From Antedon mediterranea (Eukaryota; Animalia; Echinodermata), in assembly GCF_964355755.1 (NCBI RefSeq), contig NC_092677.1, positions 18,374,101 to 18,438,100 on the forward strand: a DNA stretch of 64,000 bases, written 5' to 3'. Below are positions 1-13,440 of the stretch, piece by piece. A program made the translations under genes and the position numbers. The notes beneath the pieces are model-generated. The model had not been told where the DNA came from and ran no database searches. It saw only the letters and a program-made list of their open reading frames with translations. Each line of letters opens with the position of its first letter. Position 1 is the stretch's first letter.

Positions 1-527
1 AAATTACTATTCCCACACATTGAACAAATCCAAATTAACCGGGAATTACATAGTTTGTCTTCAAAAACATCTCTTACACATTTCACATGAAAATATTGAC
101 TACAACAGTCACATTTTATGCAATTGTCGTCTGCTTTCACTTCAATACTACATAAATCGCATGTATCACCAAACTTTGAAGTCTCCTCTGTACCATAAGA
201 TAATATGTTTATGATATCATTAATTATTTCTTTAAATTCAGTTGTATCTTTCATAAATTCACAATTGACATTACCTGTATCATCATTTCTCTCGTCTTTG
301 ACATTCTCAGTTGAACAGCATTTATCAAGTAGGTCCAAGATGTCATTAACAACTATTTTAAATTCTGCTGTCTTATCCATAACTCCATTATTAACATTAC
401 CAGTTGTATTGACAAAAATCTGCTTTTTACTTGTAACTTCTTTATTCACATTCTTACACAAATAAATTATGATTGTAAAGATAATCAACAAAAAGATACC
501 AACTACTGCTATGAATTCCATATCCAT
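1..527 (-). CDS. 5' part of a second Helentron RepHel polyprotein ORF (hydrophobic N-terminus + PHD finger); runs off the left window edge
   Basis: Manual translation from ATG at 527: MDMEFIAVVGIFLLIIFTIIIYLCKNVNKEVTS...CDLCSIEVKADDNCIKCDCCSQYFHVKCVRDVFEDKLCNSRLIWICSMCGNSN, open to position 1 and colinear with residues 1-180 of the 3070-aa ORF. Not in the ORF track because no stop lies in the window. Confidence 0.9.
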   Translation of the reverse strand, partial: MDMEFIAVVGIFLLIIFTIIIYLCKNVNKEVTSKKQIFVNTTGNVNNGVMDKTAEFKIVVNDILDLLDKCCSTENVKDERNDDTGNVNCEFMKDTTEFKEIINDIINILSYGTEETSKFGDTCDLCSIEVKADDNCIKCDCCSQYFHVKCVRDVFEDKLCNSRLIWICSMCGNSN

Positions 528-1094
528 TATTCAAAATTTGTATAAAAAAATAATTTCTTCAAATTTAAAAACTTTGTTTACAAATTAAATTAAAATGTAT
601 TCTGCAATTCCAATGAATATTACAATTAGGTTCTTTTTATCAATTCAAACTTCAAAAAAGAAATCCTTGCTACAACAAAATAAATTATTAAAAATTCCAA
701 AAACAATTCAACTTTATATTGTCTTTTGTTTCTATGACTTTTAACTTTTGTCCTAATTTCTTTTCTCTTTGTCAATATTTTTTTTGTCTGCTTTTTTTCA
801 ATAATTCGATTATACAATTTCACTGAATAAAAAAATTAGCTTCTGCTTAATATTGGCTTGATGAAATACTTTATATTAATTTAAACTTCTCTGTAATACT
901 TGGTTATGCTAAATAGTTTCAGATTCTAATTTTTATTCTTTTTACAATTCTACTTAATAACAGATTTAAATAAAAGTGATCTTTAAATCTTCTTTAATTA
1001 ATTCCTTTGTAATAAACTCTGTTTAATATTTATTTCTTTATAATAAGCTTCTGTTTTATTCTTCAAACTTTTGTTTGTATAATCAAACTTTAAC

Positions 1095-1330
1095 TTTACA
1101 CTTTTGCTTTTGCAAAAAATGGTTTTGTAATAAACTTTTGTTTATTAATTGTTTCCTTGTGATTAACTTCTGTTATCTTCAAGGTTTTACACTTTTGCTT
1201 TTGCAAAAATGGTTTTGTAATAAACTTTTGTTTATTAGTTGTTTCCTTGTGATTAACTTCTGTTATCTTCAAGGTTTTACACTTTTGCTTTTGCAAAATT
1301 GCTTTGTAATAAACTTTTGTTTATTAGTTT
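1095..1330. repeat. ~90-bp tandem repeat, ~2.6 copies
   Basis: tttacacttttgcttttgcaaaa...gtaataaacttttgtttatt recurs at ~1095, ~1186, ~1276. Confidence 0.9.
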
Positions 1331-2074
1331 TTTCTGAATGTTTTAAAGATACTTTTAAAAAATGTTTAAAAAGAAATTGTGCATAAATATTAAAATTCGG
1401 TAACCCCTCGTAGAAACTCTCTTTGGAGAGTGGATCTTTTTCTAAAGACCCGGATCTCTTCTGAGATCCAGTGGGTTTATATAAGACAGTCACCTACAAT
1501 AAAAGAAAAAAAAAAAGAGTTAGTTATTAATTTTAAGATACACTGTACAGTATTAAGAATTACAGTCAAACAATTATAAATTGAATCAGTAGATAAATCA
1601 GTGTTTTTACAAATACCTAAATAATAATATACACATCCCCCCTGTGGAATGTAACATGATCTATTGGGCCTAGCAAAACAAATTAGGACCAACTCATTAC
1701 TAAATTCAGGATAGATCCATTTTATAAAATTGCAAATTTATGTCTGGAGAAACTGACCACCACATTTATGTTAAAAAGGATGATTGTCCCAAATTTTGAA
1801 GTAAATTGTGATAATATATTTGTGACTTTGGTTTATACAATATAAATAAATCACTATAGAAGATATTTTGACCTAAAAATATGTCAAAACTTCATTACAT
1901 GGAATGTGTCGGAAACAAATTCTTTCATAACAATTTCACCTTCAAAATTAATCTGAAAATATGTTTAATTATTCAATGTTCTAATAAAATAGAATTTTAT
2001 ACACAAAAATATTTGGTCACTCAGTATAGTAAATTTACAAACAACACATGTTTATCAATTAAGGGAGGGCATAA

Positions 2075-4665
2075 ATTAAGGAAAATATGTTTTTTCCGTT
2101 TTACAGATAATTTTCTAATACTCACAGCTGTAACTGGCACTGTATATTTTCTGTACAACTACAATCTAAAAAATAAAAGGAAAATCATTAATAATGGCAA
2201 TAAACAACATTAACACTTTTTCAAAATCAACATGCTTCTTAATCAATGTCTGAAAAATTAAGAAATTTTCTCAAAATGACTTTGGGTATTAGACAGCTGG
2301 TTAGGGCCTACATGTTGTCTCAATGCTAATTTCATTTAATATTTTATTCACAAACCATAAAATCTGAATTATGTAAATGTTTCATAATAGAACATGCCTA
2401 CAAAATAACAGGCAACGGTTCACAAAGTAAAGAAAATATGTTGTATCCGTTTAACAGATAATCTACTAATACTCACAGCTGTAGCTGACACTGTATATGT
2501 TCTACAATCTAAAAAAAAAAAACAAGGAAAAACATTAATAATTGGCAATAAACAACATTAACACTTTTTCCAAATCAACATGCTTCTTAATCAATGTCTG
2601 AAAAATTAAGAAATTCCTCAAAATGACTTTGGGTATGAGACAGCTGGTTAGGCCTACATGTTGTCTTAATGCTAATTTCATTTAATATTTTATTCACAAA
2701 CCATAAAATCTGAATGATGTAAATGTTACATAATAGAAAATGCCTACAAAATAACAGGCAACGGTTCACAAAGTAAAGAAAATATGTTTTCTCCGTTTAA
2801 CAGATAATCTACTAATACTCACAGCTGTAGCTGAAACTGTTAATTTTCTACAACCTAAAAAAAAACAAGGAAAAACATTGATAATGGCAATAAACAACAT
2901 TAACCCTTTTGCTCAATCAACATGCTTCTTAATCAATGTCTGAAAAATTAAGAAATTTCCTCAAAATAACTTTGGGTATGGGCCGGCTGATTGGGGTCTA
3001 CATGTTGTCTCAATACTACTTTCATTTAATATCTTATTCAAAAACCATAAAATCTGAATTATTTAAATGTTTCATAATATAAAATGCCTACAAAATAACA
3101 GGCAACAGTTCACAAAGTAAGGAAAATATGTTTTCTCCGTTTAACAGATAATCTACTAATACTCACAGCTGTAGCTGAAACTGTTAATTTTCTACAATCT
3201 AAAAAAAACAAGGAAAAACATTGATAATAGCAATAAACAACATTAACACTTTTTCCAAATCAACATGCTTCTTAATCAATGTCTGAAAAATTAGGAAATT
3301 TCCTCAAAATGACTTTGGGTATGGGCCGGCTGATTGCGGCCTACATGTTGTCTCAATGGTAATTTCATTTAATTGTTTGATCACAAACAATAAAATCTGA
3401 ATTACGTAAATTTTTCATAATAGAAAATGTCTACAAAATAACAGGCAACAGTTCACAAAGTAAGGAAAATATGTTTTCTCCGTTTAACAGATAATCTACT
3501 AATACTCACAGCTGTAGGTGAAACTGTATATTTTCTACAATCTAAAAAAAAAAAAGGAAAAACATTGATAATGGCGATAAACAACATTAACACTTTTTCC
3601 AAATCAACAAGCTTCTTAATCAATGTCTGAAAAATTAGGAAATTTCCTCAAAATGACTTTGGGTATGAGACGGCTGATTAGGGCAGGCAACAGTTCACAA
3701 AGTAAGGAAAATATGTTTTCTCCGTTAAACAAATAATCTACTGATACTCACAGCTGTAGCTGAAACTGTATATTTTCTACAATCTAAAAAAAAACAAGGA
3801 AAAACATTGATAATGGTAATAAAACAACATTAACACTTTTTCCAAATCAACATGCTTCTTAATCAATGTCTGAAAAATTAGGAAATTTCCTCAAAATGAC
3901 TTTGGGTATGGGCCGGCTGATTGCGGCCTACATGTTGTCTCAATGGTAATTTCATTTAATTGTTTGATCACAAACAATAAAATCTGAATTATGTAAATGT
4001 TTCATAATACAAAATGTCTACAAAATAACAGGCAACAGTTCACAAAGTAAGGAAAATATGTTTTCTCCGTTTAACAGATAATCTACTAATACTCACAGCT
4101 GTAGCTCAAACTGTATATTTTCTACAATCTAAAAAAAAACAAGGAAAAACATTGATAATGGTAATAAACAACATTAACACTTTTTCCAAATCAACAAGTT
4201 TTTTAATCAATGTCTGAAAAATTAAGAAATTTCCTCAAAATGACTTTGGGTATGAGACGGCTGATTAGGGCAGGCAACAGTTCACAAAGTAAGGAAATTA
4301 TGTTTTCTCCGTTTAACAGATAATCTACTGATACTCACAGCTGTAGCTGAAACTCTATATTTTCTACAATCTAAAAAAAACAAGGAAAAACATTGATAAT
4401 GGTAATAAACAACATTAACACTTTTTCCAAATCAACACGCTTCTTAATCAATGTCTGAAAAATTAATAAATTTCCTCAAAATGACTTTGGGTATGAAACG
4501 GTTGATTAGGGCAGGCAACAGTTCACAAAGTAAGGAAAATATGTTTTCTCTGTTTAACAGATAATCTACTAATACTCACAGCTGTAGCTGAAACTGTATA
4601 TTTCCTACAATCTAAAAAAAACAAGGAAAAACATTGATAATGGCAATAAACAACATTAACATTTT
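2075..4665. repeat. ~345-bp tandem satellite with ~242-bp deletion variants, ~8.5 units, plus a detached unit at ~5507-5825
   Basis: gaaaatatgttttctccgtttaacagataatctactaatactcacagctg recurs at ~2080, 2431, 2777, 3121, 3463, 3705, 4051, 4293, 4533. Confidence 0.95.
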
Positions 4666-4667
4666 TT

Positions 4668-5215
4668 CATGAGTATATGTAATACTATAATTTGTAATAG
4701 TTTGGAAAATATTATAATTGTCAAGAAGGTGCATGGTTCTTAAATTTAAAAATAAATGTTGTTTTTCGGTAACAACCCGACAAAATCATTAATAAATGTT
4801 GGTCCCTCTCTAATATTTCTATGTTGATTAATTCAATTTTTTAAAACTATATACTATATATTTTGAATATTGATTTTAAAGCATATTGAAATAAATTTTA
4901 CTGTAAAAATGCTGGTTTAGCTTACTGTAATAACACTGGTCACAGACTGACATGTCAGTCTGTGACCAACTCGGTAACAACCAGACACTTTTTAATATCA
5001 TATAAAAATGTAAAAATAAGGTTTTAAAAAAAAGTAACCTCATGAGTGTATGTAAAGCTATAATTTTTAATAGTTTGGAAAATATTATAATTGTCTAGAA
5101 GGTACATGGTTCTTAAATTAAACAAATGTTTTTTGGTAACAACCCGACAAAATTATTAATAATTATGTTGGCCCCTCCTTAATATTTCTATGTTGATTAA
5201 TTCAATTTTTTTAAA
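4668..5215. repeat. ~175-bp direct repeat (4668-4845 / 5041-5215) flanking a perfect 32-bp palindrome (4937-4968)
   Basis: catgagt(a/g)tatgtaa...tagtttggaaaatattataattgtc occurs twice; palindrome TGGTCACAGACTGACA|TGTCAGTCTGTGACCA. Confidence 0.85.
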
Positions 5216-6766
5216 CAAAATCTCAAACAATATATTTAGTTCTTTAATTCTAAAAAGAAATGACATGTATAAATTAGGATTTAGTTGTCTGTTATAGGAT
5301 TTAAGTAAACCTCATATTGTTTTATTTTTTAAGTTTTCTAAATATCATTATTTTAAATGGAAATATGTCTGTATATATCTCTTTTTTTTTTACCACTTAA
5401 ATATCCTGAAAGTATATAACATTAGCTTTAGTTTTATATCAAACATGTTAAGACTGCTAAAAGTTGAACATTTTTAAAATCCCCCAAAAAATTGTGGAAT
5501 TGCCCTACTAATACTCACAGCTGTAGCTGAAACTGTAAATCTTCTGTTAATAAAAAACAATTACAATCTAAAAAATACAAGGAAAAACATTGATAATGGC
5601 AATAAACAACATTAACACTTTTTCCAAATCAACAAGCTTCTTAATCAATGTCTGAAAAATTAGGAAATTTCCTTAAAATGACTTTGGCTATGGGCCAGCT
5701 AATTGGGGCCGACATGTTGTCTCAATGGTAATTTCATTTAATAGTTTGATCACAAACAATAAAATTTGAATTATGTAAATGTTTCATAATAGTATAAATG
5801 CCTACAAAATAACAGGCAACACTTCACTCCCAATCATGAGACCATAAATCATCTCTACAAATTATTTATTTTATGTTCACTATTTACGATATTCTAGAGA
5901 TTATGAAGTACTGTAGAAACAATAATGTTATTACTGTACATGTATCTCTTCCAACTCTTTAGGAACTGATACAACTAAAAACTAGGCCTAGCCCCTACCT
6001 AGGAGGCCTAGGCTAGTAGGCATAGAAGAGAACTTCGCAAAAAGCAGACTCAGCTTGCTAACAATGCTAAGTAGAGTAGGCTATATTATACCGGTATTTA
6101 ATTTTAAGGCATGGTATTCAAGATAAAGTTTGTTAACAAATTAGGAATTAATATATAGTTATAAGCCAGATGCAAAATGGAACTAGGCTAGCGTCACTAT
6201 GCCTCTACTACAGTACTGTACAACTAAACCTAGGCTAGGCTAGGTCTAGGCCTTCCTGAAGAGGTAATCCGGGACACGGCTAGGCCTAACCTAGCTAGGC
6301 CTAGCCTAGAGGGCCTAGGCTAGGCCATTTCATTTTGATGGCAAACACAAAAACAATTAAATATTACAAATCAACAATCCAAATTAATCAAAATATATCT
6401 TACCTATTTCTAACTATTATATTTAACACAATTGTGTTTAAACTTTTTTAATATAGGCTATATGTTCGTTTTAACAATATAAAATTGCAAAGCAATATCG
6501 GGAGCAATACTAGGCTATAATATTACAAATCCAACATGGAGGTGTAACCACGTTGTTCTTTACTAATATGGCACGCAATCGTCGCCAAAAGTAACATAAA
6601 TGCTGTAGGCCCAGACACAATTCACCACACTTTCACCATAAAAGTAGAGAGCGCATAAACATTTTTTCAATGGATGGCATAATCGTTTTTCTGTGCACAA
6701 TATTCTAACGTATGACGTGCGCTGCGGATAACCTAACTCGTCCGTAGTGACGAGTTCAAATCTAGT

Positions 6767-6844
6767 TGGTTATCCGCACTTGGCGGATAACCTCTTGTTA
6801 TTGTCAGGATCTTTTTTTTTTTTTTTTTTTTTTTTCTATGTTAT
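6767..6844 (+). mobile_element. Head fragment of an A-type non-autonomous Helentron whose body resumes at 29601
   Basis: TGGTTATCCGCacttgGCGGATAACC hairpin, T-run, 'ctatgttat'. Intact units read ...ctatgttat-tcttctttctttccc, and 'tcttctttctttccc' resumes at 29601. Confidence 0.85.
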
Positions 6845-8261
6845 TAGTTATCCGCTTAGTAGCGGATAACTCCTTGTAATCGTCCTGTTTCATCAAATTT
6901 TTTTTCTGTATTATACTTCTTTCTTTCTGTCATTTTTGTGCGTCGCGTTTCTCTAAAACGTGTAGACAGAACATATCGTAACTTTGTCAACATATCGACA
7001 TTTACGTGAACTTGTGCACCTCCTATTTTTGAATGACGTCAGAGTTGCGCAACGTGACTTACGCGCGATTTTATGAATTTCAATGATTGATCATAGACTA
7101 AAAACCAAACATAATTTTGTTTTGAAACCTTGTGAAAATTTAAGTCATATCAAGCGCAAACTTTCTATGGATTAAAATTAGCATGTTTCACAAAAAGTTA
7201 CGCGCGCACGCGCGTTTAAAATTTTAACGTGCGAAATATAAACTTCTAATCAACTTTCTATGCGTTTCATGTCATTTTGAGCATGTCAAAAATTCCCACG
7301 CGCGCGAACATTTTTACGCACGCGGTGCACACGTAGCGTTAAAAACATATTTTTTTCGCGTGATTTATGTTTTTTCAGCCTTTTCTAGTAATGTTACCAA
7401 ATTTTAAACAATTTCGACTTAAAATTACGTCATACGAGCACGTCGAATTAGATAATTTGCACGCGTATTTGGTGAAAAAGTTCAAAAATTCGTCAAAATT
7501 ATGCCTATTTTTAAACAGTCATAGATTCTAAACTACATGGAGAACTTTTTTTTAATTACATATTCTGGAAGTTGATGAGTTGTAGATATCGGATCATGCA
7601 TTAATATGGCTAACCGGACATTGTGACGTCATCGTATGGCCACGCGAATATAAAATATAGGATTTTTGTCTCTTTCGTCATAGCTCATCACATTTAATAG
7701 AGCGCATTTCCACTTATTCGTTGTCCATTTTCACCCCGATTTTAATATATTCTAGATCTATCAACTATCTTTTGCATGAATTAAAATTATTTTAATTTTT
7801 TTAACGTCATCATGCCTAAAAATTTAAATTACGTTGGTCATTAATTTCATCTTTACAGTAAATTTTAATCTGTTATAGCTCTTAAGAATAAAATGTGATA
7901 ATCACGATTAAAACGTTTTCAGGAAGCTATTGTATTGTAGATACAAAATCATATGAAAATTGTGCCAATCGAATGTTGTGACGTCATCATATGGCCAGTT
8001 TAATAAAAATGTCGTATTTTCATCTTTTGCGTTATATTTCATTACATTTAAAAGAGCGCGCATCAATATTTCACGTATTCAAATTTCTTCTACAGGTTAA
8101 TATGTTGTTGCTGAGATAATTTCGTTCTGAAATTTCTACTTTTGCATTTCATTTTGAAACCGTCAAGATGTTAAAAATTACAATAAAATACCGGTCCCGT
8201 AATTTCACCTATTTTACACTGTTTGTGATATGTATACAGATTGTGACGAGTTTCATGTCTA
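6845..8261 (+). mobile_element. B-type non-autonomous unit with a deleted tail, forming the left end of the large element; a second diverged body copy follows at 8262-~9445
   Basis: Colinear with the B unit at 54600-56187 until cagattgt (~8244), then jumps to gacgagtttcatgtcta. The body restarts at acttctttctttctgtcatttttgtgcgtcgc (8262), the same as ~6915. Confidence 0.75.
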
Positions 8262-11200
8262 ACTTCTTTCTTTCTGTCATTTTTGTGCGTCGCGTTTCTC
8301 TAAAACTTGTAAACAGAACATATCGTAACTTTGTCAACATATCGACATTCACGTGAACTTGTGCACCTCCTATTTTTGAATAACGTCAGAGTTGCGCAAC
8401 GTGAATTGCGCGCGAATTTATGAATTTCAATGATTGATCATAGATTATAAACCAAACGTTATTTTGTATTGACACTTAGTGAAAATTTAAGTCATATTAA
8501 GGGCAAACTTTCTATGGATTCAAAATGGCATGTTTCACAAGAAGTTATGCGCGCACGCGCATTTAAAATTTCAAAATGCGCAAAATTAATTTCTAATCTA
8601 CTTTCTACGCTGATCATGACATTTTGAGAATGTCAAAAATTCCCATGCGCGCGAACAATTTTACGCGTAAGGTGCGTACAGTGCATGACAATCATGTGTT
8701 TTTCTCTTGAATTATGATTTCACAGCCTTTCCTAGTCATTTTAAAAAGATTAACATCATTTCAAATTAAAATGACGTCATACGAACACGTTGATTTAGAC
8801 CATTTGCGCGCGTTTTAGTTGAAAAAGTTATAAAATATTGTCAAAATAATGCCAATTTTTAATCTATTATAGCTGTTCAGAATCAATAGTTACCCCAATT
8901 TTTTTACTTATTATGTAAGAAGATAAATTGTAGATATGAATTCATGCAGAATTTTTGTCTCTTTCGTTATTGGTCATCATATTCAACAGAACGCATCTGG
9001 CTTATACGTATTCCATTTCCCCCGAGATTTTAATATTATCTACGTTAATCAACTATCTTTCGTATGAGTTAAAAATATTTTAATTTTTGTGAGTCATCAT
9101 GTCTAAAAATGTAAATAACGTGGGTCACTTATTTTCATCTTTACAGTAAATTTCATTCTGTTATAGCTCGTCAGAATAAAAAGTGATAATCATAATTAAA
9201 ACGTTTTCTGGAAGCTATTGGATTGTAGATACGAATCCATGTGAACATTTTGCCAATCAGATGTTGTGACGTCATGATCATATTTTCATATTTAGCGGCA
9301 TAGTTCATCACAATTAAAAGAGCGCGGATCTATATTTTACGCACTGAAATTTCTTTTACGCGTTAATATGTTTTTGCTGAGATAAATTCTTTCCGAAATT
9401 GCTATCTTAGTGTTTCATTTTGATACCGTTGCCATGTTAAAAATGGATCGAATTTCTGTTATGAGTATACAGTACTTGCCTTTACGACGCCTGAGGGAAT
9501 AGAAACTTGTGGAACAGAGATTGGAATGTTCCATTCATCACAAATCAATACATTTGTATAAACGTATAGTAAATGTATCAAAATAGCATTTTTTAAGGAA
9601 AATCGGCCTGTCTTCAACATTATGATGCTGTACTCGAACTGTTCAACCGGTTTTCAGCTATTAAAAATAATTATCGTAGGAGGAGATAGGAAAATGCGAA
9701 GCGTCCTAGTATTATTGTGTGCGGGTATTTTTCAAGTTGGACATCCATTAGACAGTGTATACTACGATCGGAAAACACCCCTATTTGGGGCAAATCGTTG
9801 AACCTAAATTCGTTTTAATCGTCAATAACTAATTATCTAACTCAATTTAATTAGTAAACAGGGTTACATCAGGTGGTTAAAATCAGTACCAAAAGTACGA
9901 ACCAACTTTATATACCATCGAGTAAAAATTCTAGAAATAAACCGCGATTTATCGAATTTTGCCCTTACGTAAATTTATATATAGATTATATTCATCTTTA
10001 AAAAATGTGTACATCTAATTATTTTGTTTCAACGTACGTATTTATTTCAACGTACGTGTGCATGCTACACGGTACGTTTATATTGTAACATGCATGCACG
10101 TTGTTATGGCAGAAATATGGTACAATATATTATTATATTCAATTTTCTTTCGTCTAATTTAGAAATAATTATTTTATTAGGTTATCATGTCCAAACAATG
10201 GAATAACTTGGTTCATTTAGTTTATCATATAGTATTTTTCCATCTCTCATAGCTTTTCCAAATTTAAAGTGATATTCATGATTAAAACTTATTATGGAAG
10301 CTGTTTAAATTGTAGATATGAATTCATATTCACATTTCCTTATTGGATGTTGTGACGTATTCGGACAGGCAAAGTAAAAAAGTCAGATTTCAGTTTGATT
10401 GAAGATCATAATTCAAGAGAAATAAACATGATTTTCACACTCTGTGGGCGCATGGGCATGTTTGACAAAATAAGTCGGACTTTCATTTCTTGCGTCATAG
10501 TTTGTGTCATTTAAAAGAGCACGTATGTGGAATATTATGTTATATCAAAACAAACGTCATGTTGATATGTTTTTATTTCCATTTCATTCTGCAATTTGTC
10601 ATTAGGTTTTCTATCCTGTATTTCAAGTATGCAACTATGTGTGTAAATAATTGCATTAACTCTATAGATTAAACTCGTTTCATTTAATAGGTTTACACAA
10701 ATAAGAATTGTATTTTTGTTTATACGTATCAATTAATTCGTCTATGAATAAACAATAATACTAATTTTGGTTTATACAAAATTCGTACCCCATATAATGT
10801 ATTATCTATTCCAATAGAATTGGAACCGGCCGTATCATCATACATAACTCATGTAGAGTTCACTTTTGTTACTTTTACTTTTTATTCCTATTTGTACTTT
10901 TATTGTTTTATTTGCTAATTAGATATCTGTATTATAGGGTAATGCGTTTAAGAGCTTCGGCTCATTGCATACCCGTTTTGTATCAAATACGTTTATAGAA
11001 ATATTCTTGTGAAAGAAATACTGTATTATTTTATTGTTGATACAAATAAATGGTACGTATATAGTACCACGAATGATGAATAACAACATCGTTAAGCACA
11101 AAGAGTTCTTTTCTGAAGTCCAAAATTATCTCGTTTGTTAATAACTGGCACTGCCTTGGTTTCTTGTAATGGACCCCATTTTGCTTGACCACAACATTGA

Positions 11201-11779
11201 GCACAATTTAAAACCACTTATTCTCATTACACTCCGTAACACTTGCATAAGAAGCCTACTTGTGTTGAATTATTATAATGCTATCTGAATAGAAAGAAAA
11301 ACGAGTAGGATAAAAAAGGTATACATTAAAATATGTCTAATCAAATTGTTAATTGTATCAAATGAAAATGTCTTTTTTAGTTTTGTCATTAATTTAATAG
11401 ATAATGAGGTTGTTACCGTATATTTCGGAAAATAAGTCGTAGGCCTACCTATGTATAAAACGCACTACGGTAACTGACCATATTGGAATTTTTTATATCG
11501 CCAATGTATGTATTATACCGTATTTCATCAAAACAATGTTTTTTTTAATTCTAATTAAAATATTATTGTAATAAAAATATATTTTGTTCATACATCTACA
11601 ACGATGTCTTTTATTTAGGGTTTTTTTTAGGCTTGGCGCTTAAAAGAAGGGAAGTCCCCGAATTCCGTCACTTCTTTCCAAAACGTGCCTAGCCTCGCTT
11701 GATCCGTTTATCCTTATTTAAACAATAATTATAGCCTAGCTACTGATTGTGTGTCTGTTATTATCTCCAGAATAAAGAT

Positions 11780-12748
11780 GATGAAAATAATGTAATTTGT
11801 ATAGGCATACGATGGTAAATAAACCTGATTTGCATAATTATATCATTATACAATTATACCGTAAATGTATTTGCATTTAATGTCATTATACTATATATCT
11901 AATTAAGCAAATATAAAAATAGATATTTCAGTCTTCAATATCTGGCCAATATAACAACTCATTTACTGTCACATTTATTATAAAACCTCGTTTAAAAATT
12001 AAATACCATTTTTTAGTTGGCGATTTAGTCTACCAACCCCCCCCCCCCCCCACCTCTTCGGCGCGCCGGCCGGCTCCCAAAACAAGAAGAAAACCGATTT
12101 GAACTACGTCACGCGTCATAGCGACAATGGGAATTCACCACTACTCCATGGAATATTTAGGGGCCTAGTAGCACTTCGGTCACGCTGTGAAGTACGTGGT
12201 TTCGTCGCGATCATACTTTGCTGTTTGAAATATGAAAGTTACTGTACCGCCATGGTTCTACACACATTTTGAAGTTTTTGTTTGTTGTTAATCGAAAGTA
12301 CTTCACTGTTAATAAATTAATACTGATCTTGTTCCAATAATAAGCGATTAAACTTATGTAGCCTAGGAGGCCTATAAAAGGCTATATATACTCCTAGGCC
12401 TAGGGCCTAGTAGTGATGACTAGCTTAGTCTAGCTAGGCCTAGGGCCTAGGAGTATATATAGCCATATAGTCATCTGATGCGTAAAAAGTTTTGTTGTAA
12501 CAAAAAAATGGAAAATAATATAAATGCGCAGTTTCATACGTCACTCTTTCGCGATTGCATAAAAGTTTTGTTGTAACAAAATATAATATTAATGCGGAAA
12601 ATTGTGTCTGTTTTGACTCTAGGTAGGCCCTAGCCTAAGGCCTACTTCCTTCTTTATGAAATTGAATCAGATTAGAAGTATAGCTCTAGCTAGGCCTAGT
12701 ATTTTAAATTTGGAACTATGACTAAAGTTTGGTTTAAGAATACGGGCA
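11780..12748. mobile_element. Decayed, internally rearranged relative of the Harbinger-type MITE at 32543-33469
   Basis: 11785-12035 matches ~33110-33310 in direct orientation; ~12095-12330 matches ~32840-33100 inverted; 12713-12748 (gaactatgactaaagtttggtttaagaatacgggc) matches its right TIR. Confidence 0.65.
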
Positions 12749-13198
12749 TATCCCGGGGCATGCCATATTTCCGTATCCGGAAAAGTGTGTACGTGCCGCT
12801 AGGCCCATGCTATCAATTTATCAGATTTTAAGAGCGTCTCTATAATGAAATCTTCTCATATATTTATAATTTAGTATAACATCACGCTATGCTTCGAAAA
12901 CTAGGCCTAGGCAGAAGCAGGTTGGTTGGCATGCTGTTTTAGAACACTGTAGCTAGCCTAGGCCTTTACCTTATTAAAGCCTAGGCCTAGGCTTTTATTT
13001 ATTTATTTATTACCATATTTACTGAGGGTAGTAGCCTATCCAGTTCCTAATAGAACTGATCATTCAGGGCCCTCGATAAAACATACATACAGTACAACAC
13101 ATAAAATATTAAATATTCAAATGACATAAAATATATTAAAGGCTTAAAAATTTACAATGATTATATAAAATTCATATAAAAGTTAAAATCGTTGACAG

Positions 13199-13202
<4 letters not shown>

Positions 13203-13293
<91 letters not shown>
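13203..13293. repeat. (TA)n microsatellite
   Basis: pure TA run of ~90 bp; a second run lies at ~13401-13438. Confidence 0.98.
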
Positions 13294-13297
<4 letters not shown>

Positions 13298-13398
13298 TAT
13301 GATTCCTAAAATCATTCGACAATCTGAAAATGTTATTTCCTTTAAACGTGAACTTAAACAATTTATTTCCAGTTAATACTGTTCGTACTATGTATAGG

Positions 13399-13440
<42 letters not shown>

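Larger units (their letters stand above)
1..6766. mobile_element. Autonomous Helentron copy 1 (A-type end), left-truncated by window
   Basis: Carries the paralogous ORF start (527, minus strand). Ends with GCGGATAACC subterminal IR + AACTCGTC-cgtagt-GACGAGTT hairpin + CTAGT (6724-6766); 6642-6766 matches the last ~130 bp of the A-type array units. Confidence 0.8.

Noticed and set aside
5980-6330. Clusters of CTAGGCCTAG palindromes (also ~12360-12990, 28865-28900)
   Set aside because: Low-complexity motif scattered across the window with no defined boundaries; not treated as an element
13161-13361. ORF with IYIYIY run
   Set aside because: Translation of the (TA)n microsatellite
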